A stretch of 64,000 bases of DNA from assembly GCF_947568905.1 (NCBI RefSeq), contig NC_079167.1, forward strand, positions 44,702,001 to 44,766,000, written 5' to 3'. Position 1 is the first letter of the stretch, and the number at the start of each line of letters is the position of its first letter. This document shows, piece by piece, positions 13,100-26,773 of the stretch. The translations under genes were made by a program, and so were the position numbers. Source of the DNA: Ostrea edulis (Eukaryota). The notes below the pieces were generated by a model that was given only the letters and a program-made list of their open reading frames with translations, searched no databases and had not been told where the DNA came from.

Positions 13100-13378
13100 C
13101 CCTACTCCAGAGATGATCAACCTTCTCTATACCCTACCCCAGAGATGATCAACCTTCTCTACCCCTACCCCAGAGATGATCAACCTTCTCTATACCCTAC
13201 CCCAGAGATGATCAACCTTCTCTACCCCTACCCCAGAGATGATCAACCTTCTCTACCCCTACCCCAGAGATGATCAACCTTCTCTACCCCTATCCCAGAG
13301 ACCATCAACCTTCTCTACCCCTACCCCAGAGATCATCAACCTTCTCTACCCCTACCCCAGAGATGATCAACCTTCTCC
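13100..13378 (+). repeat. 31/32-bp minisatellite (~9 copies) at the edge of a degenerate HINE-like remnant extending to ~13790
   Basis: CTACCCCAGAGATGATCAACCTTCTCTA units at 13111, 13143, 13174 and onward; downstream CAGAACCCCTACCCC and GACGACGAC motifs. Confidence 0.85.
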
Positions 13379-14964
13379 TTGTAAATATCCATTTAGTTTT
13401 AATTTAGTATCAATATCACTAAAACACTATATACTAATTTTGGTCCCGCCCTGGTGTCAGAACCCCTACCCCGAGGATTCTGAAAGTTACACCTCTGGTA
13501 GCAGCCTTCCCGCTGAACTTCACTGTGGATTTAATGTTTTCTTACACATGTGGTTGTAGAGAAGAATTTGAGAAATTGTTAATGTTTGTCAGTTTTTGGC
13601 CTGAGCCTAAGGTCGTTGGGGTGCATGAGTCCTAGAATTAACAATTTATGCTCCCATTGCCCTAATGATGTTTCATACGAAAATTGAAATGGAATGTTGG
13701 TTATTAAGAAGTTAAAAATGTACAATTTTTAACGCACGACCGACGGTGGACGACGACCAACTGCAATATGTCAACTGATTGTACTTTGACCAGAAAATTG
13801 AAGATCATTGAAATCCTTGTCACATGCACATCTTCATCCCCATAGAAGAACTCTGTAAAATAAAGGACTCACTTGAAGAATGTTGGAGTGACGAAAGCCT
13901 ATTAGTATCATATAAAAAATAAATTTACATTCCCTATCTCGTAATTACGAGAAAAGATCTCATAATTACGAGATAATTATCTCGAAATTACGAGAAAAAT
14001 ATGTAAATATTGGTCACATGATATCTTTCTTTATATGAGCTTTCCTCACCTCATTCCGTCAGTGTGTTTTGGATGCTGTTTTAAATATAAGAAATCACTT
14101 TCCAATCAAAGCATGCCAAGTAGACCAATAGAATTTTTAGAAAGTTAACTTACCGAACGAAAGTTTATTCATGCATTTTTAAAAAGTACAAAGAAAGAAA
14201 ACGACGATTTATTATTGTAGCCCTTGTAGGTTTCTGTACTATCAATTAATTGAATCAGTTAAATTTTACAAGTTTTACGATGATATAAGCTAATGATAAA
14301 GTTAAACTATCATAATGCTTAGTGTAACTGTGAATGAATTTGAAAGTTCAAGATTCTTGTAATTCCACCGTTAAGTCAACACTATGATGGTACATATTGT
14401 CGTTTGGAACATATCATCCTCAGCGACGATATGTACGTACCCTCACGGTACATATTGTCCATTGGTACATATACTACATATTGTCGCTGACTATAATATG
14501 CGCCAAGACAAGGCATATTTTTTTGCATCACGGTACATACTCTCGTCGGAGACAATAGACCATTGGAATATATTGTCGCCGGCCGCGATAGATGGGAAGG
14601 GAGGGGGGGGGGGGGAGATAACTATAGGTATCTCTGTAGAGAATATTTAGCTGTGGTTAGATGCTGAATTGTTTAATGCAATGAATATTTGGAATTCTTG
14701 TACGATTCCAAAATGTAAATGAATACATTTGTATTTGGAATTCTTGTACGATTCCAATACCATTTTCCAGTGTTATCACAGCGATCGCCTTTTTGTTAAT
14801 CTCATTAAATGACTTGTTTCATTTTGTATATTGATAAATTTCAATTTAAAATACCTTTAATATGAAAATATCATTATTTTAACAAATCACTATCTAGGGC
14901 TTTAAGTGTATGCATCTTTTGTTTTTACTTTCTTAGTAACATGCATATACAGAACTAGTGCCAT

Positions 14965-14966
<2 letters not shown>

Positions 14967-15028
<62 letters not shown>

Positions 15029-15040
15029 TTCTTTCTCTCT
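14967..15040. repeat. (CT)n microsatellite
   Basis: Direct reading. Confidence 0.95.
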
Positions 15041-15783
15041 CGCACGCGTACTCAATATCTGAAGTAACCAGTACGAAATGATTTGATCATTGAAGATATA
15101 TGATGGCATTGTTCAATAAAAAAGAAAAACATTGCATACATTTGAGTATGTAGTCTACATTTGTAAAAATGAAATAGTTAATTATAAAAATCCAAACTTA
15201 GTTCAAGAAGTCTCATTCCTACATGTAGATCAGTACCTGATGTTTCATGTACATCTAACAATGGTGAGGGTTTGTGTCGGTACATATTGTAGAAGGAGTC
15301 ATATAACAACCTGTCTAAATATATACAGGTTTCACACCTCCAGTTTACAATCCTTTGAATTGGAGATCAAACCTCCGAAATAAAACAAGAATAAACACCT
15401 GTTGATCTGACAAATTTTGAAAACACAAAAATAGACGTATAAATATTCCGGTTCTAATGATATTAGTCTTTGATTATTGTATAACCCGATGAAAGAAATA
15501 AAACCCACATGAAATGTGCGTAAACGTATGCATTTTTTTAAAAGTGTGATTATGACTGTAACTAAACTTACGTGGACCAGAACATAAATGATAACCCGGA
15601 ACGAAAATTATAGATATTTAGCCTTCCTAAATCATGCGACACCGGACGACAATATGTACCGTCACACACACTTTGAATAAGATCATTTCGATTTGCTGAC
15701 CAATCAACAAAGTGGGAAATAGTATTAAATGTTTCCAAGAGAATCCATAAGTTGTGCTACTCGGCTTTATATCAATATTTTGT

Positions 15784-15932
15784 CGTAATTACGAGAAAAT
15801 TTTCTCGTAATTTCGAGATAATTATCTCGTAATTACGAGATCTTTTCTCGTAATTACGATTTACGAGATAATGATCTCGTAATGACGAGATCTTTTCTCG
15901 TAATGATGAGATCTTTTCTCGTAATGACGAGA
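15784..15932. repeat. Cluster of palindromic TCTCGTAATTACGAGA units (shorter cluster at 13938-13995)
   Basis: Repeated 16-bp palindrome and variants. Confidence 0.85.
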
Positions 15933-16058
15933 TAATGGAATGTGAATTTATTTTTTTACATGATACTAATAGGCTTTCGTATGGAGTAGTTAGATGGACA
16001 GATAATTTAAAGTCCAATTTATAGTAACCAAGTTCAGCAGACTGTGAAGTAACTTTAT

Positions 16059-16474
16059 AACAAGAGGCCCAGGGGCCTTATAGGTCACCTGAGTATCATG
16101 TAACAACCTTCCAATGTTTGAATTAGGTTTGTGTTTAAATATAAGAATTTTACTTTTGGATGGAAGAAACATTGAATAGCTATGTGGTCAGCCCCTCCTT
16201 TGCACCAGAACCCCTGACCCAGGGGCCATAAATTTCAGTTTTGAAAGAAGCATCCTTGATCATCATTATCATACTATTAGTTTGTCTACTTAATACCCAG
16301 CAGCAGAGGAGAAGATTTTCAAAGAAATAAAATGTATTTTCACTATATGATCAATAGGGCCCCACCCTAATACCAGAACCCCTGACCCAGGGGCCATGAA
16401 TTTCACAATTTTGAAAGAGGCATCCTTGCTCATCATAACCATGCTATTGGTTTGTCTACTTAATACCCAAGGAC

Positions 16475-16522
<48 letters not shown>

Positions 16523-17960
16523 CAGAGCCCCACCCTAGCACCAGAACCCCTGATAAAGGGGCCATGAATTTCACAATTTTTAACAAGAGGTACTGTGAGC
16601 AATGCTCACTAAGAATACCCCCTGCTTACCCCAATCTCCCAAAGGGCGTTGGTAATAGGTATAAACTACCTCTTTTCTGAGTGTTGCTACTTCGATGTCC
16701 AGTGCGCATGACCTTTGACCTTTTGACCCCAAAATTGATAGGGAACATCTTCATCCCATGGGTAGTCCATATGTATGATATGGTGACTGTAGGTGGAAAG
16801 GATAACGCTTTAGAGCCTAGAAACCATATTGCTACTTCAATGTCCAGTGCACGTGACCTCTGACCTTTTGACCCCAAAATCGATAGGGATCATCTTCATC
16901 CCATGGGTAGTCCATATATATGATGTGGTAACTGTAGGTGGAAAGGATAACGCTTTAGAGCCCGGAAACCATATTGCTACTTCAATGTCCAGTGCGCTTG
17001 ACCTTTGGACCCCAAAATCGATAGGGAACATCTTCATCCCATGGGTAGTCCATATGTTTGATATGGTGACTGTAGGTGGAAAGGATAACGCTTTAGAGCC
17101 CGGAAACCATATTGCTACTTCAATGTCCAGTGCGCTTGACCTTTGACCTTTTCACCCCAAAATCAATAGGGAACATCTTCATCCCATGGGTAGTCCATAT
17201 GTATGATATGGTGACTGTAGGTGGAAAGGATAACACTTTAGAGCCCGGAAACCATATTGCTACTTCGATGTCCAGTGTGCTTGACCTTTGACCTTTTGAC
17301 CCCAAAATCGATAGGGAACATCTTCATCCTATGGGTAGTCCATATATATGATATGGTGACGGTAGGTGGAAAGGATAATGCTTTAGAGCTCGGAAACCAT
17401 TGTGTCTACAGACGGACGGACGGACAGACGGACAACCCGATTCCAGTATACCCCCCCCCCCCCCACAACTTGTTGCGGGGGGTATAGAGGCATCCTTGCT
17501 CATCAATACCATGCTATTAGTTTGTCTACTTAATACCCAGAGGCAGAGAAGAAGATTTTCAAAGAATTTCTACATTTTCACTATATGACCAATAGAGCCC
17601 CACCCTAACACAAGAACCCCTGCCCCAGGGGCCATAAATTTCACAATTTTGGTAGAGGGCTCAACGCTCATTATAATTATGCCAACAGTTTGGCTTCTTG
17701 ATGTCCAGGAGTAAAGAAGAAGATTTTTTAAAATTACACTCATTTTGATGGTTTTTGCCCCACCCCTCAGGCCCCAGGGGGGTAGGGACCACGAATTTCA
17801 CACTTTTTGTTCCCCTCCACCCACAGATGCTATATGCCAAAATTGGTTGAAATTGGTTCAGGGGTTTCAGAGAAGAAGCTGAAAATGTTCAAATGTTAAC
17901 GCACCACGCACAAAAACAGATAGCAATAGGTCACCTGAATGAATTCAGGTGACCTAAAAA
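16059..17960 (-). mobile_element. HINE-like composite element, copy 2 (inverted relative to 2586-4322)
   Basis: Same nested structure with five 145-bp-family units. Intact terminal hairpin GGTCACCTGAAT-GA-ATTCAGGTGACC near 17930-17955. Confidence 0.8.
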
Positions 17961-18399
17961 ATTAAAAGGAATTGAAAAACCTTGCCATATGCACATCTTC
18001 AATAGAAACACCCCCCATACGAACGTTCTGTGAAATAAGAAGGTTCTCACATGAAAACTGTTAGGAGTTAGATAGACAAATTATTTAGAGATCTGCATAT
18101 ACATGTAAAATTAAATTTCAAACAAGAGACCCACAGGCCTTATTGGTCACCCGATTAAAAATAACACGGGGAGCCAAGCTTCAAATAAAGTGAAAGTTTT
18201 ACGAAAATGTTTTTGGAAGCTTGACTAGCAAAAGGATACAATTGTTTGTATTATGGTAGAAATAGATATAACATACATGATTTGTTTAATGTTCCGTGGA
18301 TTAATGCAGAAATATTTAAAAATTATTTACAATTACTCCACCAGACTAATAAGCTTTTTCCATTATATAATTATTTTTGCCCCCACCTGGAAATCAAAC

Positions 18400-21300
18400 C
18401 TTAACATATTTGATATGTAGCCCTTCTTAATGTGCTTAATATTCCTTCCTCTTTAATGTGTTTGATCATCTTTAATTAATCTTAAATCCTCAATGTAATT
18501 TATATTTAGTCCTTAATGTGTTTGATATTTAGCCCTCCTTAATATGTTTGAGATTTAGACCTCCTTAACGTTTAACTGTTTAGAGTCCACCTCCTTAATG
18601 TGTTCAATATTTAGAGTCAATCTCCTTAATGTGTGTTATAAGTAAACCACTCCTGCTTAATGTGTGTGATATTTAGACCTCCTTTCTGTGTGATATTTTG
18701 AGTAAACCTCCTTAATGTGTGATATTTAGACCTCCTTAATGTGTGTGATATATAACCCTCTTAATGTGTGTGATATTTAGACCTCCTTAATGTGTGTGAT
18801 ATTTAGACATCCTTAATGTGTTTGATATTTTGAGTAAACCTCCTTAATGTGTGTGATATTTAGACCTCCTTAATGTGTGTGATATTTAGACCTTCTTAAT
18901 GTGTGTGATATTTAGACCTTCTTAATGTGTGCAATATTTAGCCCTCCTTAATGTGTGTGATATTTAACCCTCCTTAATGTGTGTGATCTTTAACCCTCTT
19001 AATGTGTGTGATATTTAGACCTCCTTAATGTGTGTGATCTTTAACCCTCTTAATTTGTGTGATATTTAGACCTCCTTAATGTGTTGATATTTAGCCCTCC
19101 TTAATGTGTTTGATATTTTGAGTAAACCTCCTTAATGTGTGTGATATTTAGACCTCCTTAATGTGTGTGATATTTAGCCCTCCTTAATGTGTGCGATACT
19201 TCGCCCTCCTTAATGTTTGTGATCTTTAACCCTCTTTAAAATGTGTGTGATATTTAGACCTCCTTAATGTGTGTGATCTTTAACCATCCTTGATGTGTGT
19301 GATATTTAGACCTCCTTAATGTGTTTGATATTTTGAGTAAACCTCCTTAATGTGTGTGATATTTAGACCTCCTTAATGTGTGTGATATTTAGACCTTCTT
19401 AATGTGTGTGATATTTAGACCTTCTTAATGTGTGCAATATTTAGCCCTCCTTAATGTGTGTGATATTTAACCCTCCTTAATGTGTGTGATCTTTAACCCT
19501 CTTAATGTGTGTGATATTTAGACCTCCTTAATGTGTGTGATCTTTAACCCTCTTAATTTGTGTGATATTTAGACCTCCTTAATGTGTTGATATTTAGCCC
19601 TCCTTAATGTGTTTGATATTTTGAGTAAACCTCCTTAATGTGTGTGATATTTAGACCTCCTTAATGTGTGTGATATTTAGCCCTCCTTATTGTGTGCGAT
19701 ATTTCGCCCTCCTTAATGTGTGTGATCTTTAACCCTCTTTAAAATGTGTGTGATATTTAGACCTCCTTAATGTGTGTGATCTTTAACCATCCTTGATGTG
19801 TGTGATATTTAGACCTCCTTAATGTGTGTGATATTTAACCCTCCTTAATGTGTGTGATCTTTAACCCTCTTAATGTGTGTGATATTTAGACCTCCTTAAT
19901 GTGTGTGATATTTAGACCTCCTTAATGTGTGTGATATTTAACCCTCTTAATGTGTGTGATATTTAGACCTCCTTAATGTGTGTGATCTTTAACCCTCTTA
20001 ATGTGTGTGATATTTAGCCCTCCTTAATGTGTTTGATATTTTGAGTAAACCTCCTTAATGTGTGTGATATTTAGACCTCCTTAATGTGTGTGATATTTAA
20101 CCCTCCTTAATGTGTGTGATATTTAGACCTTAATGTGTGTGATATTTAGCCCTCCTTAATGTGTGTGATATTTAACCCTCTTAATGTGTGTGATATTTAG
20201 ACCTCCTTAATGTGTTTGATATTTTGAGTAAACCTCCTTAATGTACAATATTTAGACCTCCTTAATGTGTGTGATATTCAACCCTCTTAATGTGTGTGAT
20301 ATTTAGACTTCCTTAATGTGTGTGATATTTAACCCTCTTAATGTGTGTGATATTTAGACCTCCTTAATGTGTGTGATCTTTAACCCTCTTAATTTGTGTG
20401 ATATTTAGACCTCCTTAATGTGTTGATATTTAGCCCTCCTTAATGTGTTTGATATTTTGAGTAAACCTCCTTAATGTGTGTGATATTTAGCCCTCCTTAA
20501 TGTGTGCGATATTTCGCCCTCCTTAATGTGTGTGATCTATAACCCTCTTTAAAATGTGTGTGATATTTAGACCTCCTTAATGTGTGTGATCTTTAACCCT
20601 CTTAATGTGTGTGATATTTAGCCCTCCTTAATGTGTTTGATATTTTGAGTAAACCTCCTTAATGTGTGTGATATTTAGACCTCCTTAATGTGTGTGATAT
20701 TTAGACCTCCTTAATGTGTGTGATATTTAGCCCTCCTTAATGTGTGTGATCTTTAACCCTCTTAATGTGTGTGATATTTAGACCTCCTTAATGTGTGTGA
20801 TCTTTAACCCTCCTTAATGTGTGTGATATTTAGACCTCCTTAATGTGTGTGATATTTAACCCTCTTAATTTGTGTGATATTTAGACCTCCTTAACGTGTG
20901 ATCTTTAACCCTCTTAATGTGTGTGATATTTAGCCCTCCTTAATGTGTTTGATATTTTGAGTAAACCTCCTTAATGTGTGTGATATTTAGACCTCCTTAA
21001 TGTGTGTGATATTTAGACCTCCTTAATGTGTGTGTTCTTTAACCCTCCTTAATGTGTGTGATATATAGACCTTAATATGTGTGATATTTAGCCCTCCTTA
21101 ATGTGTGTGATATTTAACCCTCTTAATGTGTGTGATATTTAGACCTCCTTAATGTGTTTGATATTTTGAGTAAACCTCCTTAATGTACAATATTTAGACC
21201 TCCTTAATGTGTGTGATATTCAACCCTCTTAATGTGTGTGATATTTAGACTTCCTTAATGTGTGTGATATTTAACCCTCTTAATGTGTGTGATATTTAGC

Positions 21301-21785
21301 CCTCCTTAATGTGTTTGATATTTTGAGTAAACCTCCTTAATGTGTGTGATATTTAGACCTCCTTAATGTGTGTGTTCTTTAACCCTCCTTAATGTGTGTG
21401 ATATATAGACCTTAATGTGTGTGATATTTAGCCCTCCTTAATGTGTGTGATATTTAACCCTCTTAATGTGTGTGATATTTAGACCTCCTTAATGTGTTTG
21501 ATATTTTGAGTAAACCTCCTTAATGTACAATATTTAGACCTCCTTAATGTGTGTGATATTCAACCCTCTTAATGTGTGTGATATTTAGACTTCCTTAATG
21601 TGTGTGATATTTAACCCTCTTAATGTGTGTGATATTTAGCCCTCCTTAATGTGTTTGATATTTTGAGTAAACCTCCTTAATGTGTGTGATATTTAGACCT
21701 CCTTAATGTGTGTGATATTTAGACCTCCTTAATGTGTTTGATATTTAGCCCTCCTTAATATGTGTGATATTTAGAGTCAACCTCC
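18400..21785. repeat. ~3.3-kb minisatellite array, 22-26-bp unit (CCTCCTTAATGTGTGTGATATTTAGA)
   Basis: Continuous array with recurring variant units; edges decay gradually. Confidence 0.97.
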
Positions 21786-22008
21786 TCTGTGTTATATGTA
21801 AATTGCCTACAAGGAGAAGACGGAGAAGTCTGTGATAACTGAATTCTTGTCCATTCTATAATGGCGACAGGTGTCCTGCCCTTACTTGTGAGGGGAAGGT
21901 GAAGTTGAGAGTCAAATGAGAATGGGCATTTGTGCAACCAACTGCAGTATGAAATTTTTTTTTAGGCATTACTCATTTTGAAGTAGGTAAATGAGAACTT
22001 TGCATTAA

Positions 22009-24358
22009 AGGACACATCGCATGTTTTTAAACTTTTTAATTTTTTCAGCAAAATTAATTCATTTCATGCCTAAAACTACTTTACATGTGTTTTAAATGAA
22101 ACAGTTTGCGTAGATTTCGAGTTTGAAAGCGATGAAATTCAAATCTTGCCGATATGCATATTTTCTTCGATATTTTACGCGCCATTATCTGTGACATGCG
22201 ACCTCGAGCGAGAAGATTTGAAAACAGTTGATAGTCATTTCATAAACAGATTAGATTTAATTGACAAGCAAACAATTATCACATTAACAGCTTGTAAATA
22301 ACACTGTATTAGGGTGTTTTGTGCCGTTTAAGGGTGTACTTGCTGTCAGTAGAGAAGATTTGGACTGTGTTTTTTTCAATTTTCGAAGGAAGGTATGAGG
22401 GACAAGACGTGAATATTTTTTGTCGGCACAACGACTTTGCCATAAAAACCCCCAGTAGAATTTGTCCCTGTACTTTTTCAAACAAGCACTTGGACAAATA
22501 CGTAGATAAACTGCAAGAAAATGGTTCTATCGAAGCTACGCACTGTTACATATAGGCCTACGGCATATGCTTTCCGTTCTGCTCTCGAATTCAATACACA
22601 CTCGCACCTAATCTCAGCGAGATTCATTGAGGCTGGATATTTGGACTGACGCCTCTTCCGAATCTCAGACCAGTGTCACATAAAGTGATTCGGGAAATCT
22701 TGCCTGAACTTCGGCCGCTTGTTGCGATTAAAATGGGTTAAATTGAATTTCTTGCCCGCTTCAACTTTTCGCCTCAGACATCCTATTAACTCCCTATCAC
22801 AGTGAAATATGCATTTCTTACCTTTACAAGGTGTAAATCCCACAGTAATTCAAGTTGGCTATTTTCGAAGCCATTGCAAACGGCCACCATTTCATATTTT
22901 ACCTTCTCAACACTGAAGAGTTCCGATAGTTTAGGACGCCTTCTAATAGATTGATTAAATATTACACAGTTTTCTTTTTATTGCTTTTAATTTTTATGCT
23001 TAAATGCTTTGTACAAAGTAATTGTCAACCAGTATGTTCTGTATTTTCAATCATAGTACAAATTGTCATGAAGTAGTATATCGGAACTCTTCAGTGTTGA
23101 GAAGGTAAAATATGAAATGGTGGCCGTTTGCAATGGCTTCGAAAATAGCCAACTTGAATTACTGTGGAATTTACACCTTGTAAAGGTAAGAAATGCATAT
23201 TTCATTGTGATAGGGAGTTAATGGGATGTCTGAGGCGAAAAGTTGAAGCGGGCAATAAATTCAATTTAACCCATTTTAATCGCAACAAGCGGCCGAAGTT
23301 CAGGCAAGATTTCCTGAATCACTTTATGTGACACTGGTCTGAGATTCGGAAGAGGCGTCAGTCCAAATATCCAGCCTCGACGAATCTCGCCGAGATTAAC
23401 TCGCACCAACTGACCTTCACCTTGTAACAACATATAGACAGAACTTTGCTAACAGTGTCTACCAACTGGTAGTTTTAAATAAGAAATTTATAGATAAAAG
23501 ATAATTGAACTTTCAATTTTAAATAAAATATAATATTTCCCGACTTTGAATTGAATTATAATGCTTACATTTTTTTTAAGGAACGTGTACGTATTTACAA
23601 CAACAGCACGCCGCGCTCCCACTTCCTAAGTAACAACGTGTTGATAACAAAAAATAATGATTAGGCCTAATAAAATTGCTTTAATAAAATAATTTAAAAG
23701 TATTGTGATTTTCACAATAAGTTTGATCATTATTATTATTTTTTCTTTTTCGAAATGCACCCGTGACAGTCAGGCCTAGTTGTCATTGATACATAATCGT
23801 ATCATAATTTAGGCCTATCTAACTTCTCCAAAAATAAATTTAATAATATATTGCACTGTTTATTTTAGAAAAGCAACACCGCTAATTACAGTTGTTTACA
23901 GAAATGGCATTACCAAATTGTGTTTAGACAGTGATCCCATGTAAACATTATTTACTCGCAAATTTATGCAGATTTCATACTCGCTTTCCTTGCTATATTT
24001 GGGTCGCTATTTGTATGCACTGGTGGCTAAAAGATATAAGACTCGGGAAATTTGTCAACATCGAAATAAATGTTATCCATGGTAAATAAATTAGGTCCCT
24101 AAAACCCGAGTTTTTAAAAATATCTAACACTACTTTTACAACAAGTTGATCGACGAAGGTCGCATATGACGTCACTGTACCACATGACTACCTATCTAAT
24201 TAACTAGGCTTTTTGAAATCGGAGCTTAGATTTAAGTCCGTATTGTGGCTAATTATCGCATTACTTCAGCGAACGAACTATTACAATTAATTTCTATGAG
24301 CATAAGGAAGACAAAATGCATATAATTCTGTATACTTTGAAAACACGAGATGTGTCCT
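22009..24358. mobile_element. Non-autonomous TTAA-flanked DNA transposon (Kolobok-type)
   Basis: TTAA at 22005-22008 and 24359-24362. TIRs AGGACACATCGCATGTTTT and AGGACACATCTCGTGTTTT. Purine-purine termini with TTAA TSD fit Kolobok rather than piggyBac. Confidence 0.75.
22609..23398. mobile_element. 790-bp foldback element with ~320-bp TIRs and 9-bp TSD (AcademH- or MULE-type non-autonomous)
   Basis: ACTCGCACC at 22600-22608 and 23399-23407. Termini TAATCTC...GAGATTA; arms ~22609-22927 and ~23079-23398 are near-perfect complements. Confidence 0.85.
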
Positions 24359-24659
24359 TTAAGGACAAAGAGTCTATAATTAGCATGGATACCAAAACCA
24401 TTTAAACCCACCTGAAACCACTTGTCGCTTAATCTCACAACAGCAAGGATGTAAAATGGTATATGGCAAAATCTGTCTGTCTGTATGTCTGTCCATCCAT
24501 CCGTCCGTCTGTGCATTCGTCCGAGCAAATGTCCAAACTTCAACAGTGTTTCATCAAAGTAAGGTCAATGCCACACGATCATGTCAATGTTATGATTTTA
24601 TAAAATTATGATGGTGATCTGCTTTGAGCAGGCTTGCCCTTGTGTATATTGTGTGGTTT

Positions 24660-26190
24660 AAATTGTCGTGTGGTGTTACATTGTGGGTTTTGGTGTGATG
24701 TGGTGTGGTGTTACGGTGTGGGTTGTGATGTGGTGTGGTGTTATGGTGTGGTGTGGTTTGCTACGGTATGGTGTGTTGTGGTGTGGTTGTGTTGTGGAGT
24801 GTTACAGTGTGGTGTGGTGTGTTACAGTGTGGTGTGTTGTGGTGTGGTGTGTTGAGGTGTGGTGTGGTGTGTTACGGTGTGGTATGGTGAGGTATGGTGT
24901 GGTGTGTTAGTGTGGTGTGTTACAGTGTGGTGTGTTACAGTGTGGTGTGGTGTGGTACGGTACGGTGTGGTACGGTACGGTGTGGTGTGGTGTGTTACGG
25001 TGTGGTGTGTTAACAGTGTGGTGTATTACGGTGTGTTGTGTTACAGTGTGGTGTGTTACTGTGTGGTGTGTTACAGTGTGGTGTGGTGTGTTACAGTGTG
25101 GTGTGTTACAGTGTGGTGTGGTGTGTTACAGTGTGGTGTGTTACAGTGTGGTGTGTTACAGTGTGGTGTGGTGTGTTACGGTGTGGTGTGTTACAGTGTG
25201 GTGTGGTGTGTTACAGTGTGGTGTGTTACAGTGTGGTGTGGTGTGTTACGGTGTGGTGTGTTACAGTGTGGTGTGGTGTGGTGTGTTACAGTGTGGTGTG
25301 TTACTGTGTGGTGTGGTGTGTTACAGTGTGGTGTGGTGTGTTACAGTGTGGTGTATTACGGTGTGTTGTGTTACAGTGTGGTGTGTTACAGTGTGGTGTG
25401 GTGTGTTACGGTGTGGTATGGTGTGGTGTGGTGTGTTGTGTTACGGTGTGGTGTGTTACGGTGTGGTGTGGTGTGGTGTGGTGTGTTACAGTGTGGTGTG
25501 GTGTGTTACGGTGTGGTGTGTTACGGTGTGGTGTGTTACAGTGTGGTGTGTTACAGTGTGGTGTGTTACAGTGTGGTGTGTTACAGTGTGGTGTGTTACT
25601 GTGTGGTGTGTTACTGTGTGGTGTGGTGTGTTACTGTGTGGTGTGTTACAGTGTGGTGTGTTACAGTGTGGTGTGTTGTGTTACGGTGTGGTGTGTTACG
25701 GTGTGGTGTGGTGTGGTGTGTTACAGTGTGGTGTGTTACAGTGTGGTGTGGTGTGTTACGGTGTGGTGTGTTACGGTGTGGTGTTACTGTGTGGTGTGTT
25801 GTGGTGTGGTGTGTTACTGTGTGGTGTTACTGTGTGGTGTTACGGTGTGGTGTGTTACTGTGTGGTGTGTTGTGGTGTGTTGTGTTACGGTGTGGTGTGG
25901 TGTGTTACGGTGTGGTGTGGTGTGTTACAGTGTGGTGTGTTACGGTGTGGTGTGTTACGGTGTGGTGTGTTACTGTGTGGTGTGGTGTGTTACTGTGTGG
26001 TGTGTTACGGTGTGGTGTGTTACTGTGTGGTGTGTTACTGTGTGGTGTGTTGTGTTACAGTGTGGTGTGTTACAGTGTGGTGTGGTGTGTTACTGTGTGG
26101 TGTGGTGTGTTACGGTGTGGTGTGTTACAGTGTGGTGTGTTACTGTGTGGTGTGGTGTGTTACAGTGTGGTGTGGTTTGGTTTGGTTTGC
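24660..26190. repeat. Compound pentanucleotide microsatellite (GTGTG/TTACA/TTACG)
   Basis: Direct reading. The long Cys/Val ORFs here are artefacts of the repeat. Confidence 0.97.
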
Positions 26191-26773
26191 TACGGTGTGG
26201 CATGCGTCTCTTCAGTAGGAAGAAGTAATCAAAACTGTCCAAATCGTGTGCTGTGTTAGGAACAATCGCTTTCAGTAAATTTTGCAGGAAAGAGGAAATG
26301 AAGAAAATGTGAAAGAACTCAACACAATCTTCATGCACTTAATTTGCATACTTAAATAAGAATAAAGATGAAATAAGTGTTGTAAAGCTGAGCTAAGGTA
26401 AGCTATGCTATGCTATGCTCATGAAATTTCTGTTGCTACACCAGGTTAAAGCTTGTCAGATCTTTATAATGTAAAGTGGATGGCACATTGTGGGTGTGAA
26501 TTCCTTATTTAGGTTAGATTTTTAAAACTTTTTATTAGTTGACAAGTGTAAAACACTATCTGAAAAGTCGATATAATGTTAAACTGATAAGTCCATATAA
26601 TTATGCAACAAGTGGTTAGGAATTTGTCAGCATACCCATAGTTTTGGCAAGCGTTGTCACCTTTAAGTAAATATTTGTGGTACTTAACCTATAACTGGTG
26701 ATTTGTCGATATGAGTGAAAAATTATCAATAGGATGTAAAGCAAAAGAAACAAAACAAAATAAGCAAGCAATG

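Noticed and set aside
24634-26338. Long Cys/Val/Trp-rich ORFs (396-466 aa)
   Set aside because: Translations of a pentanucleotide microsatellite, open in all three frames.
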